From the NCBI GenBank assembly GCA_047718535.1, contig JBDNRH010000010.1, positions 2,851-66,850 of the forward strand: DNA of 64,000 bases. Direction: 5' to 3'. The translations under genes were made by a program, and so were the position numbers. Below the pieces are notes generated by a model. The model had not been told where the DNA came from. It saw only the letters and a program-made list of their open reading frames with translations, and did no database searches. The DNA comes from Sporolactobacillus sp. (GTDB taxonomy: Bacteria > Bacillota > Bacilli > Bacillales > Sporolactobacillaceae). The stretch's first letter is position 1; every line of letters starts with the position of its first letter. Below, piece after piece: positions 1 through 10,670 of the stretch.

Positions 1-33
1 TCCTAAGCATTCATTCGCCTCTAAAAATCGGGC

Positions 34-78
34 ATAAAAAGTGGTCCACTTCCTTTAAGCAAAGGAAAGGGACCACCA
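34..78 (-). terminator. Rho-independent terminator downstream of metK
   Basis: Imperfect 16-nt-arm hairpin (41-56 / 61-76, 14 of 16 paired) followed on the minus strand by a T-run (complement of 36-40). Confidence 0.6.
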
Positions 79-104
79 GTCGTTCATCAGACAAACGCAT
101 CTTT

Positions 105-1316
105 TTATATACGATTCATTGCCTGCTGTCTGAGCGAATCAGCTTTATCTGTCTTCTCCCAAGGGAGCTGAATATCGGTTCGACCAAAATGACCGTAAGC
201 AGCTGTTTGACGATAAATGGGACGACGCAAATCCAACATCTTAATAATTCCTGCGGGACGAAGATCAAAATTATGACGAATTAATGAAACAAGCTGTGCT
301 TCACTCGCTTTTCCTGTGCCAAATGTGTCAACGGCGATCGATACCGGCTGAGCCACACCGATTGCATATGCCAATTGCACTTCGCATTTTTCAGCCAGTC
401 CTGAAGCCACAATATTTTTCGCGACATAGCGTGCCGCATAAGAGGCGGAGCGATCAACTTTTGTTGCATCCTTACCGGAGAACGCACCACCGCCATGACG
501 AGCGAAGCCACCATAGGTATCGACAATAATCTTCCGACCGGTCAATCCGGCATCTCCCTGCGGACCGCCGATGACGAAGCGCCCCGTCGGATTAATGAAA
601 AATTTCGTTTCTTGATCGATGAAATGAGCCGGCACAGTCGGACGGATTACTTTGTCAATAATATCCTTTTTTATCTGCGCCTCTGTCGCCTCGGGATCAT
701 GCTGGGCCGATACGACAATCGTATCGACGCGAGACGGTTTTCCAGCTTCATCATATTCTACTGTCACCTGAGTCTTGCCATCCGGACGCAAATAACCGAT
801 CTCGCCTGTTTTCCGTACATCAGCAAGCCGCCTTGCCAATTGATGGGCTAATGAAATCGGCAATGGCATCAGCTCCGGTGTCTCGTTAACAGCAAAACCA
901 AACATTAATCCTTGATCGCCGGCACCGATGGCCTCAATCACTTGATCGGTCATCTGTCCTTCCCGCGCTTCAAGTGCCCGATTCACACCTTGGGCGATAT
1001 CCGCCGACTGTTCCTCTATTGAAGTCAGTATCGCACAATTCGACGCGTCAAATCCATATTTTGCATTCGTATAGCCAATATCTTCTATTGTCTGACGGAC
1101 CACTTTAGGAATATCGACATAAGTGGAAGTCGATATTTCCCCAGTCACAAGGACAAGGCCCGTGTTCACGACCGTCTCACAGGCGACCCGGGCATTCGGA
1201 TCACCTTTTAATAATTCATCAAGAATCGCGTCAGAAATCTGGTCGCATATTTTATCAGGATGTCCTTCTGTTACGGACTCCGATGTAAAAAGTCGTCTTG
1301 AACCGCTGTCTGCCAT
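105..1316 (-). CDS. metK: S-adenosylmethionine synthetase
   Basis: 403-aa ORF. N-terminus [23 protein letters not shown] and GGGAFSGKD motif are typical of MetK. An S-box leader lies immediately upstream. Confidence 0.97.
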   Translation of the reverse strand: MADSGSRRLFTSESVTEGHPDKICDQISDAILDELLKGDPNARVACETVVNTGLVLVTGEISTSTYVDIPKVVRQTIEDIGYTNAKYGFDASNCAILTSIEEQSADIAQGVNRALEAREGQMTDQVIEAIGAGDQGLMFGFAVNETPELMPLPISLAHQLARRLADVRKTGEIGYLRPDGKTQVTVEYDEAGKPSRVDTIVVSAQHDPEATEAQIKKDIIDKVIRPTVPAHFIDQETKFFINPTGRFVIGGPQGDAGLTGRKIIVDTYGGFARHGGGAFSGKDATKVDRSASYAARYVAKNIVASGLAEKCEVQLAYAIGVAQPVSIAVDTFGTGKASEAQLVSLIRHNFDLRPAGIIKMLDLRRPIYRQTAAYGHFGRTDIQLPWEKTDKADSLRQQAMNRI

Positions 1317-1454
1317 GAATGATCCCCTGCCTTTCGAACATTATATGAAGCTAATAGAAAACTGTCCGGAGAAACAGTGCTTCTCCCGATGTACCGCGCG
1401 AAACTTGTTTCGCTTCAGCTATCCATTACACGGTACTCAAACCCGCCGCTTGTT

Positions 1455-1628
1455 TTTCAAGGCATGAAAAAAGCCACCGCAAGAAAATATTGGGGTAGGC
1501 TTACTCCTTCGCATGTTGCGCGCCTCTTATTATCAGAAGTATTCTCCTGCAGGTTAGCACCGTATCAGTTACGACCGGTTGCCGGGCTTCATCGGGCCTG
1601 TCCCTCCGCCTACTCGGAATAAGAGCAG
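1455..1628 (-). promoter_or_regulatory. SAM-I (S-box) riboswitch with terminator in the metK leader
   Basis: Minus strand 1625->1524 reads CTCTTATTCCGAGTAGGCGGAGGGACAGGCCCGATGAAGCCCGGCAACC...GGTGCTAACCTGCAGG...GATAATAAGAG, the S-box core with a closing P1. Downstream is hairpin AAGCCTACC/GGTGGCTT plus TTTTTT. Confidence 0.85.
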
Positions 1629-1941
1629 CCGTATGTTTAATTCACATCATACAGCAGGGAATTAATCCTGTCAACGAATGATTATCTGCTAAACTCTGTG
1701 CCGATGAATAAAACACAAGCAATGTTCACAGAACTCATCATGTAGAAGTTAACAAAAGAAATATTCTGCGATATAATAAGGTAAAGAAAGCGTTTTCTTT
1801 CACTTCTCCATTGTGATTGTGAAAAAGATAACATAATTTCCATCTATTCATTCGAAAATATTATTATGTCATATTCATTTAATTGTGCTATACTATTTTC
1901 ATTGAATAGACAAATTTCAAATTTGGAAAGGGATGTTTGTT

Positions 1942-3525
1942 ATGAATGCCACGGTACCAAATACGTCCACACTGGAACTGTTCAACAGAAAAGATACTTT
2001 TATTAATCTTTCCGTTCCTGAGTTGATTCAAAAAGCGCTTGAGACTAATGAAGGCGTTTTAACGGACAAAGGAGCCTTGGCAGTGACAACCGGCAAATAT
2101 ACCGGCCGTTCCCCCAAAGATAAATTTTTTGTTAAAGATAAAATGACAGCGGATACAATTGATTGGACGCGCAATCAATCAATAAGCGATACCGTTTATA
2201 TGAACCTTTATCAGAAAATGGTTCACTATCTGAGCCATATTAATAGACGCTTTGTATTTAAGGGATTCGCCGGTGCCGATCCGCAGCATCGCCTGTCTAT
2301 TCAGGTGATTAACGAGTATGCTTGGCAGAATCTCTTCTGCAATCAATTATTTATCGTACCAACTGCTAAAGAATTGAAGACACACCAAGCTGATTTCACT
2401 GTTTTAGCGGCACCCGGATTCAAAGCCGAGCCGGCAATTGACGGCACGCGTTCCGAAGCATTCATCATTATTTCATTCACACATCGAACTGTATTGATAG
2501 GCGGCACGGAATACGGCGGAGAAATCAAGAAATCAATCTTCACTGTAATGAACTTTCTTCTTCCGCAAGAAAATATTATGCCCATGCACTGCTCGGCGAA
2601 TCAGGATAAAGATGGACATGTTGCGCTGTTCTTCGGCCTGTCAGGGACGGGGAAAACGACCCTCTCCAATACACCGGATCGCGACCTGATTGGCGACGAT
2701 GAGCACGGCTGGTCAGATAACGGCGTATTCAATATAGAAGGCGGTTGCTATGCAAAAACGATTCGACTTTCTAAGGAAAAAGAACCGCAAATTTACGAGA
2801 GCATCAAATTCGGTACTGTTCTCGAGAATGTGATCGTGCATTATGACGATCGCAAGCCCGATTACGACAATGGCACACTTACCGAGAACACTCGGGCTGC
2901 TTATTCACTCGACGACGTAGCAAACGCAATTATCCCGAGCGTCGGCGGTCAACCTGATAGTATTATCTTCCTGACAGCCGATGCATTCGGCGTTCTGCCA
3001 CCGATCAGTATTCTCTCGCCGGAACAGGCGATGTATCAATTCCTTTCCGGCTATACAAGCAAATTGGCTGGAACAGAACGCGGTGTTACTGATCCGGAGG
3101 CGACCTTCTCGACATGTTTCGGATCGCCATTCATGCCGCGCCCTGCCTCTGTTTATGCCGAACTGCTTGGCAGACGGATTAAGAAACATCACGTTCGCGC
3201 CTATTTGGTCAATACTGGATGGACCGGCGGACCCTATGGCATCGGTAAACGGATGGATCTCGGCTATACACGGCGAATGATTGAAGCAGCGCTCAGTGGT
3301 GAACTCGCGAATGCGGAGACGGTCACCGATTCGATATTCGGTCTGCATATTCCTAGCGCGTGCGCAGGTGTCCCTGAACACATCCTGCTCCCTTGGAAAA
3401 CGTGGTCAGATCAGGAGGCCTACACAAAACAGGCCAAGCAATTAGTTGCTGCCTTTAGAAGCAACTTCAAGAATTTTCCGGAAGCCTCGGATGCTATCCG
3501 TGCAGCCGGACCGATCTCTTGCTAA
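1942..3525 (+). CDS. pckA: Phosphoenolpyruvate carboxykinase (ATP)
   Basis: ORF 1933-3525 has kinase motif GLSGTGKTT and PckA-like sequence throughout. Start moved to ATG 1942, which lies ~9 nt after GGAAAGGG. Confidence 0.95.
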   Translation: MNATVPNTSTLELFNRKDTFINLSVPELIQKALETNEGVLTDKGALAVTTGKYTGRSPKDKFFVKDKMTADTIDWTRNQSISDTVYMNLYQKMVHYLSHINRRFVFKGFAGADPQHRLSIQVINEYAWQNLFCNQLFIVPTAKELKTHQADFTVLAAPGFKAEPAIDGTRSEAFIIISFTHRTVLIGGTEYGGEIKKSIFTVMNFLLPQENIMPMHCSANQDKDGHVALFFGLSGTGKTTLSNTPDRDLIGDDEHGWSDNGVFNIEGGCYAKTIRLSKEKEPQIYESIKFGTVLENVIVHYDDRKPDYDNGTLTENTRAAYSLDDVANAIIPSVGGQPDSIIFLTADAFGVLPPISILSPEQAMYQFLSGYTSKLAGTERGVTDPEATFSTCFGSPFMPRPASVYAELLGRRIKKHHVRAYLVNTGWTGGPYGIGKRMDLGYTRRMIEAALSGELANAETVTDSIFGLHIPSACAGVPEHILLPWKTWSDQEAYTKQAKQLVAAFRSNFKNFPEASDAIRAAGPISC

Positions 3526-3546
3526 GCATTACCAATTGTGATCAGT

Positions 3547-3580
3547 AAAAGGAGCATACACCATGGTGTATGCCCCTTTT
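3547..3580. terminator. Bidirectional hairpin terminator between pckA and the convergent ytkD-like gene
   Basis: AAAAGGAGCATACACC-AT-GGTGTATGCCCCTTTT: 12-bp stem with one mismatch, flanked by an A-run and a T-run. Confidence 0.6.
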
Positions 3581-4097
3581 ACTGCCCTTCATTAGGAATT
3601 GTTTCCAATGCCGCAGTCAATACAGCATCTTTCATCAGAAAGCTGAAACGGCTATCACCAGATAAATGAGCGGGAAATTCGCTGACGAAATAGGGGCCCT
3701 GCGTTTCCAAATAATCTGCCCTAATCGTTATCGAATCAATTTCGGCGTAATATATCGTTTTTTCAATGGTTTCTTTTAATCCAATCACTTGATACTGCCC
3801 AATCGTGCGCAATGCAGCGACATGAGCCCCCGTTTCCTCATAGACTTCGCGGCGGGCCGCCTGTTCCGCTGTTTCACCAGGCTCCACTTTACCGCCCGGA
3901 AATTCAAGTCCGCGCTTACTATGCCTTGTCAGCAGCCATTGATCATGGAAGCGGCAAATAATCCATACATGCCCAGGTTCTTCAGCAAACGGGCACGTGC
4001 CGATGGCGAGACGCACCTCATTGCCATAATAATCCGTTAGTGTCTGATAACCGCTCACGAAATCACCCTTCTGCCTAATGAATAACGGCCTATTCAT
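3579..4097 (-). CDS. ytkD: Nudix hydrolase, YtkD-like nucleoside triphosphatase
   Basis: Nudix box GGKVEPGETAEQAARREVYEETGA. HVWIICRF...WLLT..RG.EFPGGKVEP matches B. subtilis YtkD as I recall it. Position next to pckA matches B. subtilis. Confidence 0.8.
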   Translation of the reverse strand: MNRPLFIRQKGDFVSGYQTLTDYYGNEVRLAIGTCPFAEEPGHVWIICRFHDQWLLTRHSKRGLEFPGGKVEPGETAEQAARREVYEETGAHVAALRTIGQYQVIGLKETIEKTIYYAEIDSITIRADYLETQGPYFVSEFPAHLSGDSRFSFLMKDAVLTAALETIPNEGQ

Positions 4098-4134
4098 TAT
4101 ACAGCGGATGCGCCAATCTGTCGCCTATAGTCGG

Positions 4135-4287
4135 TCAGCTGATACCACGTGCACACTGCTCTTGATAGCATTTCCATTCGTGCTCCAACTCAGACAATGT
4201 CCAATTCTTGAGATCACGAGGCTCATTGGTTACTTGATGCTGCTGGAGCAAATGAATGAGATCGTTTTTGCGCCGTTCAACAGCCAT
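4135..4287 (-). CDS. Small basic protein (50 aa), Fur-regulated basic protein A (FbpA)-like
   Basis: Not in the supplied track (<60 aa). Own translation: MAVERRKNDLIHLLQQHQVTNEPRDLKNWTLSELEHEWKCYQEQCARGIS. The basic N-terminus plus L.ELTLSELE-type core resembles the FbpA family from memory. The RBS is weak. Confidence 0.4.
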   Translation of the reverse strand: MAVERRKNDLIHLLQQHQVTNEPRDLKNWTLSELEHEWKCYQEQCARGIS

Positions 4288-4661
4288 TCTTAATAAATTT
4301 CTCTGCAACATCTAATCGTGGATCTTTTTTTGGCAAGCGTTTTCATTTCCTGCCATCAAAGATCCTTCCTCCCTTCCGTATGTGTTTATGTTTATCATTT
4401 ACAAACTCTTCTTATCTTAAACATAGTGATAAATATAACAACGATCACAAAAGTAAGCGCTTTATTAATACTATACAGCAAATTTGTTGGAAAATCTTCA
4501 CTTTTTCAGAACAAAGTGACTTTCATCACGGTCACGTCACACAATATCCACAATTATAAATTGAATTTTTTTATTTTTATATAGGATCCCGCTGTAATGA
4601 TTAGTTTTCTCACGTATAGAGTAACACCATTGATTAATTCCATAGGTATCTATGCTGCCAA

Positions 4662-6929
4662 TCATAAATACCCTTTCTGAATTTTCTTAAAGGTATAGAT
4701 CTCAAGCGCGTTGGCTGTCAATTCCGTTTGAATAACATAATCCCCGTGAATGGGCGCTTTGATCAGTTCCATTCGTGGAGTCACTATCTTCTCAAGATAA
4801 GCTTGAAATTCATGGTCAAAAGCCCCAACACTCCCGAGCCGAAGCTGCTCATTATAAAGTCCGCCATGATCTCTATCAAGAGTATATTTTTTTATCGCGT
4901 AATTCGTCGTTTCATCTGCAAAACCATTGAGTGTCACCCGCATGCTGAGCGTGCTGCGCTCAACTGTCAGCTGATCAACAGCATAATTGGGATTAAATAG
5001 ACATGGGTTCATGACAAGCAGCTGATAGTCATCCCCATGTCTTGTGAGCAGCACCCGCTGTCCATCGTTGAAGATGATGTCGCCTTCCATTTTGTTTAGC
5101 AGTTCCAGCGCGAAAAAAACGGGTCGCTTAAGCAGGCCATAGAGATAGAGAGAGAGCAGATGCTTCCTATTCGCCTCATGTGCTGTATCCAGCCAAAAAC
5201 TGACTGCCGAAAGGCCGCCGGCAAGCGCCAGCAAACAGCGCGCGATTAAAGCTGTTCGATAAAAAGTACCAGCCGCAACTTGATTGCTTTTAGCCAGTGT
5301 ATTCCAGCCATCAAGAATCAGAGCGGGACACGCTGCATGACAGGCGTGCAGCGCCTTCTTCAATTCAGATAGCACATGCTGTGCATAATCATTAATCCGC
5401 CGATAATCTTGCTCCTCCGGCTCATGAACTGAATCGACATCTGCATAGAGCGCCGAGAACACTAGGAAATCCGGCAGTGCCTCACACTGCTGGAGAACTT
5501 GCCACCGTTCAATAAACGCTTGAATAACTTGTTTCTGATCACTCACGATGCTGTCGGTTCCGAGCTTCAGATTAATATGTAGATGCCGCAGTTCGCGGCA
5601 TAGCCGAACATGACTGTCCAATCGTTCACTCGTTGCAGCAGGGGAGGCGCCAGCAAGCATAGAGAAGACGTGCCAGCCTGACAGTTGTCGCTGTCCATAT
5701 CGGTTGCCGCATTCAACAAAAAAATTAATCAGCTGTTCAATCTGTGATGACGGACACGATAGTCTGATCAGGGGCTGCATCTGCTGCCCCACAATAAAGT
5801 CAAGCAGGAGGAATAAATCAAAACGGCTGCGCTCAACTTCCAACTGTTGAGGGTCAAGGGAAAACAGGACATAATCAAACCCGATCCGCTTATTCAGTTC
5901 AGCGATTTCTTCCTTCATCATTGCCGTGACCGCTACCGCATCACTGATCTTAACGATTTGACCAGCAAGTCTAAAAGGGCGTTGCCCGGATACACGAACG
6001 TCAAGTATGTACTGCTCACACTGCTGGGCAGGAAAAGCTCCATCCGTCCGCTGCACAAGCCGCTTGCTCAATGCATGAACGGTTTCCTCAAGAGCAAGCG
6101 GTCGATAATCAGAGGTATGAATAGTAGATACGCGGACACCGCGATGCTTCTTCCGATAAGCGGACGGCGAGAGCTTATAGTTGCTGTTATAGACACGATA
6201 AAAGGATTTGAGATTGCTGAACCCGTGAACCAGCGCAAGCTTACTGATGGCTTCATTGGAAAAGGGCAGCTCGACAATGACATGCTTCAGCCGGGCAGCG
6301 TTCAGGTACTCAGTAAAAGTCAGTCCCGTCTGCTTTTTGAACATCCGTGACAAGTAGGGAGCGGAAAGATAAAACTTCTTTGCCAATGCCTGAAGCGACA
6401 ACGGTCGTTTATAATTTTTTTCAATATACGTGATAATGCCTGCAAGCCGCTGATCGCTGGAGAGTTCCGGTGCATGGCTGAGCGTAGTGGCCGGTTCCAT
6501 AAAATGGGCATTCAAATTATGGAGGATGCTGAGTGTGCGCTGATTCACTTCAAGTTCATATCCATTCTTACGCTCATATGTTGCTCGAACGATACTTACT
6601 AAATCCTTATGCAATTGAAGCAACGGATACTCATCTGAATACTGAGAGAGAGAGGTGCGATAGCGATACGGCCATCCGCATTCCATCAATTCCTCAATCT
6701 TGCTGCGGTCAATGATGAGCATAAGGAGTATATTGTCAACACGTGAGCAAAAGGTCGCCTCCACATGAGGATTAAGCATAATAATATCGTCTTCATGTAG
6801 AACAACAATACCGCCGTCATGTTCAAATTGCACAGAACCAGCAATCACCATGACGACGGCATACGCGTGAGTCGATGCCCACGCTCTTTCTATACAATTA
6901 AAGCACTCGAGACGGGCCATTGTCTTCAT
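4662..6929 (-). CDS. Large AraC-family transcriptional regulator, YesS-like (cupin-like N-terminus, AraC HTH, ~470-aa C-terminal domain of unclear function)
   Basis: 755-aa ORF. AraC HTH signature around LSAPYLSRMFKKQTGLTFTEYLNAARLKHV. Length and architecture resemble the 761-aa B. subtilis YesS. Confidence 0.8.
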   Translation of the reverse strand: MKTMARLECFNCIERAWASTHAYAVVMVIAGSVQFEHDGGIVVLHEDDIIMLNPHVEATFCSRVDNILLMLIIDRSKIEELMECGWPYRYRTSLSQYSDEYPLLQLHKDLVSIVRATYERKNGYELEVNQRTLSILHNLNAHFMEPATTLSHAPELSSDQRLAGIITYIEKNYKRPLSLQALAKKFYLSAPYLSRMFKKQTGLTFTEYLNAARLKHVIVELPFSNEAISKLALVHGFSNLKSFYRVYNSNYKLSPSAYRKKHRGVRVSTIHTSDYRPLALEETVHALSKRLVQRTDGAFPAQQCEQYILDVRVSGQRPFRLAGQIVKISDAVAVTAMMKEEIAELNKRIGFDYVLFSLDPQQLEVERSRFDLFLLLDFIVGQQMQPLIRLSCPSSQIEQLINFFVECGNRYGQRQLSGWHVFSMLAGASPAATSERLDSHVRLCRELRHLHINLKLGTDSIVSDQKQVIQAFIERWQVLQQCEALPDFLVFSALYADVDSVHEPEEQDYRRINDYAQHVLSELKKALHACHAACPALILDGWNTLAKSNQVAAGTFYRTALIARCLLALAGGLSAVSFWLDTAHEANRKHLLSLYLYGLLKRPVFFALELLNKMEGDIIFNDGQRVLLTRHGDDYQLLVMNPCLFNPNYAVDQLTVERSTLSMRVTLNGFADETTNYAIKKYTLDRDHGGLYNEQLRLGSVGAFDHEFQAYLEKIVTPRMELIKAPIHGDYVIQTELTANALEIYTFKKIQKGYL

Positions 6930-6990
6930 CTTGTCTGTCTCCGATCAAACAAAGGAATTGATGGCAGTATAACAGATGAGCATCTACATT

Positions 6991-8493
6991 TCAATTCGGT
7001 TGTTTGCCATTTGGAATAAGCGAGCGGTACACACGCCCGTTAAGATTTGCCGCATGTTCAATGTGAGATGCAGCCACACAGTTCGGATCGAGTAACACAT
7101 CAACAGCAGTCATAGCAATAATTTTTGCGGCAAGATCCATGCCCTTATGCGCAACTGACGATGTTCCGTTAGCCACCCATTGCCAGGCGTGCGGCATCGT
7201 ACCTTGTGGTTCGCATGCCACTTGAACTTGCGCCGTTGGCACGATCCAACTCACATCACCAACATCTGTTGACATCATCGCAAGACCTCCGTGATCCATC
7301 TCAGGCAGATGCGGATTTAGTGAACAAGTAATCTGCTCCGTGATCCACGCTGCTGGTCTATCTGGAAAAGCCATTTTCAGCCGCTGCCGCAATCGTTCGC
7401 GATCCGCACTACCGAACATCTGGATATAGCGGTCTGCATAGCGATAGTCTGTCGATTCGAAATCGAGTGGTGCCAGTTGTTTGAAGTTTTCATACATGAC
7501 ACGCGTCAACGCTCGGTTAGGTAAATAGTTCAGACAAGCTGAATCTATTTTGATATCCACCGTGGTATCTGCAATGAGGGCAGCTCCCTTTGCTATCTGA
7601 CACACCCGTTCAAACAGCGGCTGAACAGCCGTTGGCTCCGGTGTGCGAATAAAGTAATGGAGCACTGCTGAATCGGGCACAACATTAGCCGCCGCACCGC
7701 CCGCATCTAAGTACGCATAGTGAATACGTGTTTGGTCGGGGACATGCTCACGTAAATAGTTCACGCCAATATTCATCATCTCAGCCGCGTCGAGCGCACT
7801 CCGACCGGCAGAAGGAGCCGATGACGCATGTGCCGCTACACCTTTGAAACAAAACATCGCCTGAAGCACCGCGAGTGTCTTTTCCGTCCAAGCCGACGAG
7901 AGGTCAGACGGATGCCACGCAAGAGCCACGTCAAGTGTATTGAACAGCCCACTTTTGGCCATATATGCTTTGCCGTATCCACTTTCTTCGGCTGGGCAAC
8001 CGAATAATTTGACTGTTCCAGTCACATGATGCTCCTCTATAAACCGTTTGACACTGAGTGCTGCCCCCAAAGCGGCAATGCCGAGCAGATTATGACCGCA
8101 GCCATGTCCCGCTGCTCCGTCCACTTCACTTTCACGTCGAGCGCTGCCGGCCACTTGACTCATCTTTTCCAAGGCATCGTATTCTGCGAGAATGCCAATA
8201 ACCGGTCGGCCGCTGCCAGCCGTCGCCACGAACGCGTTTGAGATGCCAGCGGCTTGTTTTTGCACACTAAATCCATTCTCATGCAACCAATCGTAGTAGA
8301 TTTGAACCGACTTCGGCGTATTGAATCGTGTCTCCGCGTAGTGCCAAATCTTATCACTTGCTGCATGCATCCGATCCGCTATACTGTCAATGCTGGCTGT
8401 GACTTCTCGCTTGCCGATTGATGCCAACAAGGTCGCTCCCGATTGCCGAATACATTGACCTTCATTCCCATTAACATGTGAATGCACAGTCAT
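6991..8493 (-). CDS. M20-family amidohydrolase (AbgB / aminobenzoyl-glutamate hydrolase subunit B-like)
   Basis: IWHYAETRF...NAFVA..G.GRPVIGILAEYDAL...GHGCGHNLLG matches M20D/AbgB-type peptidases. ATG at 8493 overlaps the TGA of the upstream MFS gene (TGATG). GGTGGAG RBS. Confidence 0.85.
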   Translation of the reverse strand: MTVHSHVNGNEGQCIRQSGATLLASIGKREVTASIDSIADRMHAASDKIWHYAETRFNTPKSVQIYYDWLHENGFSVQKQAAGISNAFVATAGSGRPVIGILAEYDALEKMSQVAGSARRESEVDGAAGHGCGHNLLGIAALGAALSVKRFIEEHHVTGTVKLFGCPAEESGYGKAYMAKSGLFNTLDVALAWHPSDLSSAWTEKTLAVLQAMFCFKGVAAHASSAPSAGRSALDAAEMMNIGVNYLREHVPDQTRIHYAYLDAGGAAANVVPDSAVLHYFIRTPEPTAVQPLFERVCQIAKGAALIADTTVDIKIDSACLNYLPNRALTRVMYENFKQLAPLDFESTDYRYADRYIQMFGSADRERLRQRLKMAFPDRPAAWITEQITCSLNPHLPEMDHGGLAMMSTDVGDVSWIVPTAQVQVACEPQGTMPHAWQWVANGTSSVAHKGMDLAAKIIAMTAVDVLLDPNCVAASHIEHAANLNGRVYRSLIPNGKQPN

Positions 8494-9944
8494 CACTCCA
8501 CCTGCTCACCGCACGCCACTTTGCGTACTGATCGCAATTTATCGATAAGAACAAGGACAAAGGCAAGCGCACACAGCGCGAATGTCACAAAGTAAACAGT
8601 ATGCATGCCGGCAATAAATAGCGCCGGATTGCCAGGCAAATAGGACACGATGTGATGACCGCTGAGAGCACTCATCGCTGTAAACAGAATGACAGACGCA
8701 AACAGACTGCCAGAAGTCAGAGCGAGGTTGCGCGTCAGCACTGCCAGACTGCTGGCTAAACCAAGTTGCTCTTTTGGCACTTGCGACATAATCATCGCGT
8801 TATTTGGCACTTGGAAGATGCCACTGCCTATGCCGGTGACGACAAATGTCAGAATAAGTATCAGTGTGTTTGTTTCTAGGCCATAGAAGATATAGGCGAG
8901 CTGCGAGGCAGCAACGATCGCCGTTCCGGAAAGAATCATATTTTTCGCGCCATACTTATCAGTCAACCGGCCAGCCATCGGGGAAACTATCGTAATGGCA
9001 AGCGAAAGGGTCACTGTCATCAGTGCGGCCAACCCGGGTGAAATATGCAAAGCCTGAAGCAGGTAGAACGGCATTATGAAAGCATTAAATGCTGATGTCG
9101 AATAGATTAGAAACAGGCTGAGCAAGTAGATAAGCATGGAGTGCTCTTTAATAAGGCTGAACTTGATTAGCGGATTCGACGCACGTTTTTCCAGAACAGT
9201 AAACAGCACAAGACAGACAACAAAGAAGGCGATCAGCAGCAGTGATTCCACCGTAAACAGTCCGACTGTCTGCACGGTGTTAACGCCGAAGAAGAAACAG
9301 ACAATGACTGCAGCGAACAGTGCAGATCCTGTATAATCGATGCCTTTGCCCGACAATAAACGATCCTTCGGCAGCCAGATAAATGCAAGCACAGCCGTCA
9401 GAATGGCAATTGGAACCCCGACAAGGAAAATGGCATGGTAGCCCCAATTTTGCAGTATGATACCGCTGAAAGCAGGACCAACAATGCCGCCCCCAGCAAG
9501 AAAAGCACCGATCACGCCAAGTGCTCGCCCCCGCTCATGACGGGGAAAAAGTTCGGTTGCTATAGCGAAATTGACTGACATCGACATCGCTGATCCGATG
9601 CCTTGAATAACGCGCGCCGTAATCAGCAGTTCGAATGATCCTTTTATAGTTCCTAGCAACAAACCAATTATTAAAACAATTAAACTAAGCTTGAACTGTC
9701 GCATCTTGCCAAATGAATCACCGACGCGGCCAAGTACGACCACAAGACACGTACTCGTCAGAATGAAACCCGTTTGTACCCAGGCAATGCTGATTCCGCT
9801 CACATTATAATCTTTGGACATAAGCGGCAGGGCGATAGTGACAGCATTCAAAGCAAATGAAGACAGTGCCGTCGCTAAACCAACAATAAGCAGTAAATAC
9901 CAGCGCTTTTTCTGTATGTCTTGATCATTTACAAATGATTCCAA
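8493..9944 (-). CDS. MFS transporter (14-TMS, DHA2-like)
   Basis: 483-aa polytopic ORF with an MFS motif (GRVGDSFGKMRQF). TTG start 7 nt after AGGAGG. Confidence 0.85.
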   Translation of the reverse strand: MESFVNDQDIQKKRWYLLLIVGLATALSSFALNAVTIALPLMSKDYNVSGISIAWVQTGFILTSTCLVVVLGRVGDSFGKMRQFKLSLIVLIIGLLLGTIKGSFELLITARVIQGIGSAMSMSVNFAIATELFPRHERGRALGVIGAFLAGGGIVGPAFSGIILQNWGYHAIFLVGVPIAILTAVLAFIWLPKDRLLSGKGIDYTGSALFAAVIVCFFFGVNTVQTVGLFTVESLLLIAFFVVCLVLFTVLEKRASNPLIKFSLIKEHSMLIYLLSLFLIYSTSAFNAFIMPFYLLQALHISPGLAALMTVTLSLAITIVSPMAGRLTDKYGAKNMILSGTAIVAASQLAYIFYGLETNTLILILTFVVTGIGSGIFQVPNNAMIMSQVPKEQLGLASSLAVLTRNLALTSGSLFASVILFTAMSALSGHHIVSYLPGNPALFIAGMHTVYFVTFALCALAFVLVLIDKLRSVRKVACGEQVE

Positions 9945-9956
9945 TTAGTTTCCTCC

Positions 9957-10670
9957 TCAATATATTGTGCGATTATGCATAAACCATTTCAAAGCTGCCT
10001 TCAGCCGTTCATCTACTTGATCAAAATGGTCACCTGGATGATCAATACATGTCAGTTTATCAGGCGGTAATTTTCTTTCAAACCACGCTCTGGCAATCCG
10101 CGTATTTTCCACCTGACTGTGAATAAGTCCGGGCGCAGACACACCTTCACGATCGCCAACCGAGACATACACTTCAGGAAAAGACACAGCCAAGTCGTGA
10201 GTATCCATGAACCTCAGAAATTCAGGATACCAATAAGAAGCTGAACAACTCATCACCGTTCCGTATTCCGACCTCGTCAAGAGCGCATAATTAGCTACCA
10301 ATGCACCGAGTGAATAGCCGAGCATCGCGCGGCCGGCAGGGTCCTTCCGTACCGGATAGTTCGCCTCCAGATGCGGAATCAGACAATCACCGATCCAGCC
10401 TAAATAAGCATCTGCTTGACCGCCAAAGTCATGTACCATACCCGGCAACGCCTGCACTGGCCATGGTGTATAGTCGTCGAGACGATCAAGTGGTTCGATT
10501 GCAACAAATACAAATGCCGGTTCGTTCACAAGCAGCCATGCGCCGATGTCATCCAGCACTTTATCGCCATCATTGGCAAAGATGACCGGCAGCGATTGAG
10601 CGGCTGTTATACGCGGCGAATAGACATGTGCATGCCTTCCTTTCAAATAAATGTTGTCCATAGTTCTCAC
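9957..10670 (-). CDS. Alpha/beta hydrolase, 'putative esterase' (esterase D / Fes-like) family
   Basis: GYSLGA nucleophile elbow and overall resemblance to PF00756-type esterases. Start set to GTG 10670, 7 nt after AGGAGG. The ORF is open to 10721. Confidence 0.75.
   Translation of the reverse strand: MRTMDNIYLKGRHAHVYSPRITAAQSLPVIFANDGDKVLDDIGAWLLVNEPAFVFVAIEPLDRLDDYTPWPVQALPGMVHDFGGQADAYLGWIGDCLIPHLEANYPVRKDPAGRAMLGYSLGALVANYALLTRSEYGTVMSCSASYWYPEFLRFMDTHDLAVSFPEVYVSVGDREGVSAPGLIHSQVENTRIARAWFERKLPPDKLTCIDHPGDHFDQVDERLKAALKWFMHNRTIY

Noticed and set aside
4318-4584. 88-aa plus-strand ORF in the AT-rich spacer after the AraC gene
   Set aside because: The translation is low-complexity and AT-driven (runs of I/F/L/N), with no RBS. 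It overlaps the probable promoter region of the FbpA-like locus.
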